From: an uncultured Rhodospirillaceae bacterium
GTDB taxonomy: Bacteria > Pseudomonadota > Alphaproteobacteria > UBA11136
NCBI GenBank assembly: GCA_964482135.1
Contig: CAYZWF010000001.1
Location: 11,362 to 75,361, forward strand
Length of the DNA: 64,000 bases
Reading direction: 5' to 3'
Every line of letters begins with the position of its first letter. Positions within the stretch are counted from its first letter, which is position 1. The translations under genes were made by a program, and so were the position numbers. The notes under the pieces were generated by a model. That model worked only from the letters and a program-made list of their open reading frames with translations. It did no database searches and was not told where the DNA came from. Shown piece by piece: positions 9,719 through 17,464 of the stretch.

Positions 9719-9852
9719 AGTTTTCTCCCCGAAAGGTAGAATGAATGTAACGACACACCCATGGGGTTCTCCCCGAAAAGTAGAATGAGTGTAACGACGC
9801 ACCCATCCTAGGCGGAGTCGCCTTCGCGGTGCAAGAAAGCTCTCTTTTTTTA

Positions 9853-10253
9853 GGCCCGACGTACCCTGGTTTAGGGCCGACGTACCCTGGCCCTTGACTC
9901 CCACCCCTCTTTCATGCTAGGAATATTTTCTTAGCTCTTTGACATGATAAAGACGTTTCCCTACCGCGCGGCGGCGCGGCCGGTTGCGCCCATCCTCTTT
10001 TTGGGACCGCAGTCTCTAATTTACCCTGGCCCTTACCGGAGCGATGCTGCGCTGCGGCAGCCCATGTGTACAAATGATGACAAATGTTAACATTTTGGAG
10101 GCCCTGAGGGCATAAATTGTTTGAAATCAAAGACTTGGGCGTAAAAGGATGGGGGTAGTGGGGCGAACAACCCCGGTTTAGGGCTCTTTTTTCGGGGCCG
10201 CCGCACCTGACGTACCCTAGGCTTTTTTTATGGGGCCGACGTACCCTGGCCCC
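9853..10253. repeat. Cluster of at least five REP-like elements (T-run + GG(G)GCCGACGTACCCTGG(CCC), or longer variants with a CAGTCTCT insert)
   Basis: Copies lie at 9853-9869, 9874-9893, 10003-10032 (GGGACCGCAGTCTCTAATTTACCCTGGCCC), 10194-10221 and 10232-10253. Each is preceded by 5-9 T residues. Confidence 0.8.
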
Positions 10254-10264
10254 TGGCCCTAAAC

Positions 10265-11230
10265 TCAGCGCTGGTTTTCCAGCGCTTCCAGATACTCCTC
10301 CAGCGCCGCGCGGCTTTCGGACTCTTGCGGCGTCAGGGCCAGCAAGCGCTGCCACAACTCGGATGCCTTGTCACGGTTGCCGGACTGGGCCTCGGCCAGC
10401 CCCACCATCCACAGGGCCTCTTCGTGTTCGGGCATGACCGCCAACAGACGTTCGTAATACCGGGCCGCCTCGGGCGGGACCAGGGGCACGGCTTCACCGA
10501 GGGACATGTCCTTCTCCGCCTCTTCTTCTTGCGCCAGCACGATTTCGATCCGGGCCAAGGCGAGGAGCAGGCCGGGATCGTTGGGGAAATGTTCGAGACC
10601 CTTCCGTAATGCCCCATAGGCCTCGCCGGGACGCTCCAGAACCAGATAGGACTGGGCCAGCATCCGCCACCCTTCCAGGTTTTCGGGTTCCTGCTCCAGC
10701 CTCGCGGCCAGTCTTTCCACCATGGCGGAAATATCCGCTTCGGAAATGTCCCCAGGCGACATATCAGGAGCTTCCACCTCCTGGCCCTGTTCGCCGCGGG
10801 AATCGAAGGGCTGACCGGGCAGTCCCGGAAACCCCAGGAAAAGATAAAGGCCCAGCGACAGCGCCGGAATCAATACCATCAGCGCCACCAGACTGCGCCG
10901 CCGCAGCCCCGGCGCGAAGGCCGCCACTTGCGGCGCCTGGTCCAACTCGCGGTCGGCGGCCAGCAATCTGCGCTCTATCTCGAGCCGCGCCGGCGTGGCT
11001 TCGGCCTCCGTCAAGACGCCGCGCGCCAGGTCCGCCTCAAGCTCGTGCAACTGGTCGCCATAGACGGCGAGATCATGGCCACCGCGCCCGCGCTCCGTCT
11101 CTTCTTCTCCTTTACCACCGTCGAAGGCGAGCCAGTCCCGGGTGCCAAGCAACAGCGCCACCGCGCCTCCGGCCATCAGGGCAATCAGCACCCAGAACAA
11201 CAGATCAGCCGTCACGGTCTCGCCGCTCAT
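10265..11230 (-). CDS. ccmI: cytochrome c-type biogenesis protein CcmI (CycH), TPR-containing
   Basis: N-terminal TM helix followed by TPR-like repeats. It is the last gene of the ccm operon and overlaps the ccmH stop. Confidence 0.65.
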   Translation of the reverse strand: MSGETVTADLLFWVLIALMAGGAVALLLGTRDWLAFDGGKGEEETERGRGGHDLAVYGDQLHELEADLARGVLTEAEATPARLEIERRLLAADRELDQAPQVAAFAPGLRRRSLVALMVLIPALSLGLYLFLGFPGLPGQPFDSRGEQGQEVEAPDMSPGDISEADISAMVERLAARLEQEPENLEGWRMLAQSYLVLERPGEAYGALRKGLEHFPNDPGLLLALARIEIVLAQEEEAEKDMSLGEAVPLVPPEAARYYERLLAVMPEHEEALWMVGLAEAQSGNRDKASELWQRLLALTPQESESRAALEEYLEALENQR

Positions 11231-11751
11231 GGGCCGTCACCTTCCGCACCGCTCTCCGCGCCGTCTTCCGCGAGCAGCGATTTCAGATGTTTTTTCTCAG
11301 GCCCACTGAGGGGTTTCGGCGTCGCCCCATCCTCCGCCATTTCCCGGCGCCGGTTTATGTAAAAGCGAATCAGCCCCGCGCCGCCGAGGAGAAAGATCAC
11401 CAGCGGCCCGAACCACAACAGCGCGGTCTCGGATTTCATGGGCGGCTTGAGCAGGACGAAATCACCGTAGCGGTCGGTGACGAAGGCCATCACTTCCGCG
11501 TCGCTGTCGCCGGCCAACAGCCGTTCACGCACCAGAACCCGCAGGTCTTTCGCCAGCGAGGCATCGGAATCGTCAATGGTCTGGTTCTGGCAGACGAGAC
11601 AGCGCAGGCCCTGGCTGATGTCCCGCGCGCGCAACTCCAGCACCGGGTCGGACAGCACCTCGGAAGGCTCCACCGCCCCGGCCCCTCGCGTCCCGAGGAC
11701 GAGAACAAGGGCAACAAGAAGAACCACATGGAACGCAGCCAGCTTCCTCAT
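11227..11751 (-). CDS. ccmH: cytochrome c-type biogenesis protein CcmH (CycL)
   Basis: Signal/TM segment followed by the LRCLVCQNQTIDDSDASLAKDLR motif (the CcmH LRCxxC). Start taken at MRKLAAF; the ORF-track N-terminal extension is rejected. Confidence 0.8.
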   Translation of the reverse strand: MRKLAAFHVVLLVALVLVLGTRGAGAVEPSEVLSDPVLELRARDISQGLRCLVCQNQTIDDSDASLAKDLRVLVRERLLAGDSDAEVMAFVTDRYGDFVLLKPPMKSETALLWFGPLVIFLLGGAGLIRFYINRRREMAEDGATPKPLSGPEKKHLKSLLAEDGAESGAEGDGP

Positions 11752-12293
11752 GATCCCAGCTCCGCGATCAGGGGCAGAATGGTTCCGGTCAGGTCGCGCT
11801 CCATGATCGGGCCCACATGGCGGTAACGGATACGTCCCTTGGCGTCCACCACGAAGGTTTCGGGAACGCCATAGACGCCCCAGTCGATGCTGGTCCTGCC
11901 GGTGACATCGGCGCCAATGGCTCGGTACGGGTCGCCGTGACGCGCCAGCCAGGCCATCACGTCCTCCGGCTTGTCCTTCTGGTTGATGCCGAAGATGGAT
12001 ACGCCGTGATCGCGGGAAAGACTCATGAGCTGCGGATGCTCCACCCGGCACGGCACGCACCAGGAGGCGAATACGTTGACCAGCGATACCCGGCCTTCGA
12101 GATCGCCCGAGGAGAAGCCGCCGCCATAGGATTCCCCGCCATCAATTGCGGCGATGGGCGGCAGATCGAACTGCGGCGCCGGCTTGTCGATCAGCGCCGA
12201 GGGCAGGCGTTGCGAATCCAGGGTCAGCCCCACGGCGAAGGCAACGGCGATGGCCGCGAAGATGGCCGTGGGCAGGAGGAATTTCCAGTTCAT
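11748..12293 (-). CDS. ccmG: thiol:disulfide interchange protein CcmG/DsbE
   Basis: Thioredoxin-fold protein with a WCVPCRVE active site (CxxC) after a signal anchor. Start taken at MNWKFLLPT. Confidence 0.8.
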   Translation of the reverse strand: MNWKFLLPTAIFAAIAVAFAVGLTLDSQRLPSALIDKPAPQFDLPPIAAIDGGESYGGGFSSGDLEGRVSLVNVFASWCVPCRVEHPQLMSLSRDHGVSIFGINQKDKPEDVMAWLARHGDPYRAIGADVTGRTSIDWGVYGVPETFVVDAKGRIRYRHVGPIMERDLTGTILPLIAELGS

Positions 12294-14278
12294 ACGGCTG
12301 CCTTCTTTCTGCGCCGCGGCGCCCCCACCCGCAGGCGGCGGTCGCTGAGCGAAAGCAGCCCGCCCGCCACCATCACCAGGGAGCCGATCCACATCCATAC
12401 CACCAGCGGCGTAAAGAACAGACGGGTGACCCAGGCTCCGCTGTCGTCTTCGGCGGCATCCCCCAGCACCACGTAAAGATCGCCCCGTCCCGTGGTGTGG
12501 ATGGCGGCCTCGGTGGTGGGCATGGCGGCCACCGGATAGACACGTTTTTCGGGTTTCAGAACCATCACCTGGCGGCCCTCGCGGCGCACCGTGAATTGCC
12601 CCTGATCGGCCGAATAGTTGGGGCCTTCCACCTGGCGCACCCCTTCCAGGGTCACTTCATAGCCGCCCACCTCCATGGCGTCGCCGGGCAGGCTGGACTG
12701 GATATGTTCCTCGCGCCACAGCGAGGCCCCGGTGGCTCCGGCGATCACCAGTGCCAGCCCGGCATGGGCCAGGGTCATGCCATAGGCCGCGCGTGGCAGG
12801 CTGCGCGCCCGTTCCAGACACTCCCGCCAGGGGGCGCGGAACAGCCGCAGGCGGTCGGCCAATTCTGCCAGGGTGGCGAACAGCAGCCATGCCGCCGCCG
12901 CCAGCGCCACCAGCGCCAGCACCGGCCCGCCACGATGGAAATACCAGGCCGCCAGCGCCACCACCAGGGCCAGGCCAAGGGCCGCGTAAAGCCGCGAAAA
13001 GGCTCCCGAAAGATCGCCTCGCTTCCACGACAGGAACGGCCCCACGGCCATCACCACCACCATGGGCGCCATCAGCGGCAGGAAGGTGGCGTTGAAAAAA
13101 GGCGGGCCCACCGAGACCTTGGGGCCGCCCACGGCGTCGAGGAACAGCGGATACAGAGTGCCCAGCAGCACCGTTCCGGCGGCTGCCGTCATCAGCAGAT
13201 TATTGAGCAACAGAGTACCCTCGCGCGACACCGGAGAAAACAACCCGCCGCCCGTCAAGCTGGGTGCGCGCAGGGCATAGAGAACCAGCGAGCCGCCGAT
13301 CACGATCACCAGCAGGACCAGGATGAACACGCCGCGCGCGGGATCGGTGGCGAAGGCATGGACCGAGGTGAGCACGCCCGAGCGCACCAGAAAGGTGCCG
13401 ATAAGGCTGAAGGAAAAGGCGAGAATGGCCAACAGCACGGTCCAGCTTTTCAAGGCGTCGCGCTTCTCCACCACGATCGCCGAATGCAGCAATGCGGTGC
13501 CCACCAGCCACGGGATCAGCGAGGCGTTCTCCACCGGATCCCAGAACCAGAACCCGCCCCAGCCCAGCTCGTAATAGGCCCACCAGCTTCCCATGGCGAT
13601 ACCCAGAGTCAGGAAACACCAGGCGGCCAGCGTCCAGGGCCGCACCCAGCGCGCCCAGGCGGCATCCACCCGGCCTTCCATCAGCGCCGCGATGGCGAAG
13701 GAAAAGGCCATGGAAAAACCCACATAGCCCACATAGAGAAAAGGCGGATGAAAGGCCAGCCCCGGATCCTGAAGCAGGGGGTTCAGGTCGCGGCCGTCGG
13801 CGGGCGCCGGGAACAGGCGCGCGAAGGGATTGGAGGTCAGTAATATAAAGAACAGGAAACCGGCGCTGATGAGGCCCTGGATGCCCAGAACCCGGGCCCG
13901 GAAAGTGGCGGGAAGGTTGCTTCCGAAGAGCGCCACACAGAGCCCGAACAGGGCCAGGATGGCGACCCACAACACCATGGAGCCTTCGTGATGTCCCCAC
14001 ACGGCGGAGATTTTATAGATCAGGGGCAGCTTGGAATTGGCGTTGGCGGTTACCACCATCACCGAAAAATCGGCTTGCACGAAAAGCACCGTCAGCGCGG
14101 CGAAGGCTAGGATGACGAATACGAACTGCCCCAGCGCCGCCGGTCCCGCCAGGGCGATCCAGCCGTCGTCGTCGCGTCCTTGCCCTTGCCGGTGCGCCCC
14201 GGCGAGGGGAAGGCTGCCCTGGACCAGGGCCAGCACGAAGGCCAGGATCAAGGCGAAATGGCCCAGCTCGGCGATCAT
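12290..14278 (-). CDS. ccmF: cytochrome c-type biogenesis heme lyase subunit CcmF
   Basis: Polytopic protein of about 660 aa with CcmF-like WGGFWFWDPVEN (the WWD domain). Start at the MIAELGHFALILAF ATG at 14278. The ORF-track start at 14350 is an upstream extension into ccmE. Confidence 0.85.
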   Translation of the reverse strand: MIAELGHFALILAFVLALVQGSLPLAGAHRQGQGRDDDGWIALAGPAALGQFVFVILAFAALTVLFVQADFSVMVVTANANSKLPLIYKISAVWGHHEGSMVLWVAILALFGLCVALFGSNLPATFRARVLGIQGLISAGFLFFILLTSNPFARLFPAPADGRDLNPLLQDPGLAFHPPFLYVGYVGFSMAFSFAIAALMEGRVDAAWARWVRPWTLAAWCFLTLGIAMGSWWAYYELGWGGFWFWDPVENASLIPWLVGTALLHSAIVVEKRDALKSWTVLLAILAFSFSLIGTFLVRSGVLTSVHAFATDPARGVFILVLLVIVIGGSLVLYALRAPSLTGGGLFSPVSREGTLLLNNLLMTAAAGTVLLGTLYPLFLDAVGGPKVSVGPPFFNATFLPLMAPMVVVMAVGPFLSWKRGDLSGAFSRLYAALGLALVVALAAWYFHRGGPVLALVALAAAAWLLFATLAELADRLRLFRAPWRECLERARSLPRAAYGMTLAHAGLALVIAGATGASLWREEHIQSSLPGDAMEVGGYEVTLEGVRQVEGPNYSADQGQFTVRREGRQVMVLKPEKRVYPVAAMPTTEAAIHTTGRGDLYVVLGDAAEDDSGAWVTRLFFTPLVVWMWIGSLVMVAGGLLSLSDRRLRVGAPRRRKKAAV

Positions 14279-14297
14279 TGGCCCAACTCGGCGATCA
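14259..14297. repeat. 19-bp tandem direct duplication (TGGCCCA[G/A]CTCGGCGATCA x2) at the ccmE stop/ccmF start junction
   Basis: Copies at 14259-14277 and 14279-14297. On the coding (minus) strand this duplicates the first 6 codons of ccmF and creates a mimic mini-frame, GTG ATC GCC GAG TTG GGC CAA TGA, whose TGA overlaps the ccmF ATG. Confidence 0.7.
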
Positions 14298-14852
14298 CGG
14301 GCCGCTCTCTTCCTGGTCCTCTTCTGGGGCCGCAGTCTCTGACGTACCATGGCCCTCCTGGCCCTGCCATTGGCCCGACTTCTTCAGGGCGTCGGCCACT
14401 TCCGGGGGCATATAGTTCTCGTCATGCTTGGCCAGCACATTGGAGGCCTGAAACACGCCGTTGCGGTCGAGGCTGCCTTCCGCCACCACGCCCTGACCCT
14501 CGTGGAAGAGATCGGGAAGAAGACCGCTAAAGGTCACCGGCACCTCGTTGGAAAGGTCCGTGATCCGAAATACCACCGATCCGTCCCCGGCATTGCGTTC
14601 CACGCTTTCCTCCACCACCAGCCCGCCGAGACGCAGGCGGCGGCCCGGCTCTATGTCGCGGTCGAGAATTTCCGAAGGGCTGTAGAAAAAAACCAGATTA
14701 TCGCGCAGCGCCGAAAGCACCAGCGCCACCGATCCGCCCAGCAACACCATTCCGGCAAGCACCAGATACAGCCGCCGCCGCTTGCGGGTCATGGGCCGTT
14801 TCGGCGGAGAATTCTGAGGTGCCCCCGCGCTATCCTGGGTGGGAGTGCTCAT
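14295..14852 (-). CDS. ccmE: cytochrome c-type biogenesis heme chaperone CcmE
   Basis: Signal anchor followed by an OB-fold region with the CcmE-typical ...NLVFFYSPSEI... and LAKHDENYMPPEV (heme-binding His region). Confidence 0.85.
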   Translation of the reverse strand: MSTPTQDSAGAPQNSPPKRPMTRKRRRLYLVLAGMVLLGGSVALVLSALRDNLVFFYSPSEILDRDIEPGRRLRLGGLVVEESVERNAGDGSVVFRITDLSNEVPVTFSGLLPDLFHEGQGVVAEGSLDRNGVFQASNVLAKHDENYMPPEVADALKKSGQWQGQEGHGTSETAAPEEDQEESGP

Positions 14853-15076
14853 GAGGGGGCGTCGTCGCGCTGGTTGCGGCTGTCATTGGCGGGGATACCC
14901 ACCGGCCCCACCGGGGTGGGTTCCTCGAAGGTTTCCAGAAGATCGGCCAGCGCCGCCTCGCGCCTCCGCAGCCGCCGCCACGAGGTCACGAACAGCCCCG
15001 TCATCACCACCGTGGTAATGATGTAGGCGGTGGTGATGAAAGAACCGTATTCACCCATGTGAAGAAAATCCGGCAT
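14849..15076 (-). CDS. ccmD: heme exporter protein CcmD
   Basis: 75-aa single-TM protein (MPDFLHMGEYGSFITTAYIITTVVMTGLFV...) positioned between ccmC and ccmE. The long ORF-track entry 14849..15505 is an extension. Confidence 0.65.
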   Translation of the reverse strand: MPDFLHMGEYGSFITTAYIITTVVMTGLFVTSWRRLRRREAALADLLETFEEPTPVGPVGIPANDSRNQRDDAPS

Positions 15077-15090
15077 GGTCTTTTCTCTTT

Positions 15091-15846
15091 CTATACCTCT
15101 CTCATATGGGGGCCGCGCTCTTCCTGGCGGTCCTGTATCCGGGTCAGGCGCAGGGCGCCGATCTTGCGGGCGAGAATCTCGCCGCGCAGGCGCAGGATTA
15201 GCACGGTGACGTAATAGGCGGTGAACGCCGCCGCCATAATCAACAGCGGAGCCAGCATGGAGGGATGAACGGCGGGGCCGTCCATGCGGACGATGCTGGC
15301 CGGCTGGTGCAGGGTGTTCCACCAGTCCACCGACCATTTTATAACCGGGATATTGACCGCCCCCACCAAGGCCAGGATCGCCGCTGCGCGCTCGCCGCGG
15401 CTGGCGTCCTCGAAGGCGGAGGTGAGTGCCATATGCCCCATGTAAAAGAAGAACAGGATCAGCACCGAGGTGAGGCGGGCGTCCCACACCCACCACGCGC
15501 CCCACATGGGCTTGCCCCAGATGGCGCCGGTGACCAGCGCGATGAAGGTAAAACAGGCGCCGATGGGGGCGCTGGCCTTGGCCGCGAGATCGGCCAGGGG
15601 ATGCTTCCAGATCAACGCCACGGCGCTGGCCGCCGCCAGACAGCTATAGACGAACAGGGCCATCCAGGCCGCGGGCACATGTATATACATGATGCGCACG
15701 CTTTCCCCCTGTTGGTAATCGGCGGGCGAGACCATCAACGCAAGGTAAAGCCCCAGCCCAAGCAGGACCACGGTCAGAACCGCGCTCCATGGAAGGGCCA
15801 CGGCGGCGATGCGCAGGAAACGGTTGGGGTTGGCGAAGCGATGCAT
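15091..15846 (-). CDS. ccmC: heme exporter protein CcmC
   Basis: Contains the WGKPMWGAWWVWDARLT tryptophan-rich WWD motif, plus conserved His residues and multiple TM helices. Confidence 0.85.
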   Translation of the reverse strand: MHRFANPNRFLRIAAVALPWSAVLTVVLLGLGLYLALMVSPADYQQGESVRIMYIHVPAAWMALFVYSCLAAASAVALIWKHPLADLAAKASAPIGACFTFIALVTGAIWGKPMWGAWWVWDARLTSVLILFFFYMGHMALTSAFEDASRGERAAAILALVGAVNIPVIKWSVDWWNTLHQPASIVRMDGPAVHPSMLAPLLIMAAAFTAYYVTVLILRLRGEILARKIGALRLTRIQDRQEERGPHMREV

Positions 15847-15865
15847 GAGTTCGTGGTGTCCAGGG

Positions 15866-16531
15866 TTATTCCAGGGCCTGTCTCAGGGCTGCCGTGCTGG
15901 CCCACAGACCCAGCGGCAGGGTGCCCAACAGCAGGCCGCCGAGCACAAGAAGATGGGGTTGGGCCGATTGACCCGTCACCGCGGCTTCCACCGCGCCGAC
16001 TCCGAAAATGAGGACGGGAATGTATAGAGGCAACACCAGAAGCGTCAACAGCACACCTCCACGGTGCGCGCCCACCGTCAGCGCGGCCCCGATGGCTCCT
16101 ATGAAAACCAGGCTCGGCGTGCCCAGCGCCATGGCCGTGATGAAGACCGCCAGCCCCTCGCGGTCCATATGCAGCATCATGGCCAGAACCGGGGCGGCCA
16201 ACAGCAGGGGCGCGCCGGTCAACAGCCAGTTGGCCAGGCACTTGGCCAGAACCACGGCTTCCAGTGGCAGCGGCGTGATCGCCATGAGGTCGAGGCTGCC
16301 ATCCTCGAAATCGGTCTGGAACATGCGTTCCAGCGACAACAGGGTGGCCAGCAATGCCGCCACCCAGACCACGGCGGGGCCGATACGGGCGAGAATTCCG
16401 CTTTCCGGCCCCACGCTGAGGGGAAACAGGGTGACGGTGATAAGAAAGAACATGACGGCCATGAGGCCGTCGCCGCCCTGACGCCAGGCCATGATCACAT
16501 CACGGCGCACGATAAGCCAGAATCCGGTCAT
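15866..16531 (-). CDS. ccmB: heme exporter permease CcmB
   Basis: About 222-aa polytopic protein starting MTGFWLIVRRDVIMAWRQGG... (typical CcmB). Its start overlaps the ccmA stop. The 401-aa ORF-track version is an artefactual 5' extension. Confidence 0.8.
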   Translation of the reverse strand: MTGFWLIVRRDVIMAWRQGGDGLMAVMFFLITVTLFPLSVGPESGILARIGPAVVWVAALLATLLSLERMFQTDFEDGSLDLMAITPLPLEAVVLAKCLANWLLTGAPLLLAAPVLAMMLHMDREGLAVFITAMALGTPSLVFIGAIGAALTVGAHRGGVLLTLLVLPLYIPVLIFGVGAVEAAVTGQSAQPHLLVLGGLLLGTLPLGLWASTAALRQALE

Positions 16532-17334
16532 GGCCGCATCTCTTGTCTTCCCACCCGTCCCGTTTTTTGTCTGCCATTGCCAAGGGCCGTAGCGGCATCT
16601 TGCCGCAGCTCGGCCAGTCCCGATGTGGGGGCGAAGCGGTCGAGGTAGAGCGGCCAGGCGCGGCCCAGGGCCATTTCCGTATGGGTCGCCACCACCACCA
16701 TGCCGCCGCGCCGCCGGTGGCGGGCGATGGTCTGTTCCAGGGCGGCGATGGAGTCGCGGTCGAGGGCCACCGTGGGTTCGTCGAGAAGCCACAGATCGGC
16801 GGGGGAGGCCAGCATACGGGCCAGCGACAGCCGCCGCTTCTGGCCCGCCGAGAGCATGCGCGCGGGAAAATCGGCAAGATGATCGAGGCCAAAGCTGCCC
16901 AGGGCGCTGCGGATGAGCCCCGGCGGCGGCGCCTCGCCCATGCGCAGCCCGGTCCAGAATGACAGGTTTTCGCCCACCGTCATGGCCGCCTTCAGGCCAT
17001 CGAGATGGCCCACGTAATGCTGGCGGGCGTGGTGGCTTTCGGGATCGTCGGCAATCGCATAGCCGTACCACAAAAGATCGCCGGCGGTGGGTTTCAGCAA
17101 ATCCGCCATAATCCGCAACAGGCTCGACTTGCCGCTGCCGTTGGGACCCAACAGTACCAGCGCATCCCCGGATTTCAGCGCGAAATCGAGCCCCTCGAAC
17201 ACTGTTCGGCCTCCCCGTACACAGACCAGGTCGTGGCCGGTAAACAGACCTCCGCCGTCTTCAGTCAGCTTGTCGGGGCCGGCAGCCGTGGGGGCTTTCG
17301 GGGCGTTGCGGGAAGGGGGCTGGGTGTCGTCCAT
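16528..17334 (-). CDS. ccmA: heme ABC exporter ATP-binding protein CcmA
   Basis: Walker A (GPNGSGKSSLLR), ABC signature (LSAGQKRRLSLAR) and Walker B (LWLLDEPT). The start may be an internal codon. Confidence 0.8.
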   Translation of the reverse strand: MDDTQPPSRNAPKAPTAAGPDKLTEDGGGLFTGHDLVCVRGGRTVFEGLDFALKSGDALVLLGPNGSGKSSLLRIMADLLKPTAGDLLWYGYAIADDPESHHARQHYVGHLDGLKAAMTVGENLSFWTGLRMGEAPPPGLIRSALGSFGLDHLADFPARMLSAGQKRRLSLARMLASPADLWLLDEPTVALDRDSIAALEQTIARHRRRGGMVVVATHTEMALGRAWPLYLDRFAPTSGLAELRQDAATALGNGRQKTGRVGRQEMRP

Positions 17335-17464
17335 CTGTGTCGAGCTTTACCCGTTGTAAACACATATAAAGTAATTTTGGCACCATACAGGTAATCCCGC
17401 CGCTCCCAAAACGAAAGCCCCAATAACGCCTTAGGACTGGACAGGGCGGAAAAGGTGAATATGT

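Larger units (their letters stand above)
9030..9730. repeat. Tandem DNA repeat array of four units (period about 157-210 bp), each carrying one small ORF
   Basis: A near-identical about-95-bp block (GTCCAGGGC[C/T]TCGTC...CTCGCTCTCG[G/A]TTTTTT[C/A]ACATC[T/A]GT[C/T]TTGGG[C/T]AT) recurs at about 9118-9188, 9277-9345, 9437-9508 and 9649-9718. Between the blocks are divergent segments. Confidence 0.9.

Noticed and set aside
9030-9730. The possibility that the regularly spaced about-160-bp repeats are a CRISPR array
   Set aside because: The repeat units are about 95 bp, not 25-40 bp. They are imperfect, and they encode the conserved leader of small ORFs with ribosome-binding sites. There are no cas genes nearby.
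9912-10355. 147-aa minus-strand ORF upstream of the peptide array
   Set aside because: It runs through the cluster of REP-like elements and T-runs, its sequence is low-complexity, and it overlaps the ccmI 3' end. It is most likely non-coding.
15866-17071. 401-aa ORF-track version of ccmB, and similar 5'-extended calls for ccmD (14849-15505), ccmH (11227-12060), ccmG (11748-12398), ccmF (to 14350), the glycosyltransferase (49587-51470) and the lipoprotein (43359-44783)
   Set aside because: The extensions overlap the upstream gene in another frame, are Arg/Pro/Gly-rich, and internal starts with SD sequences give family-typical lengths.
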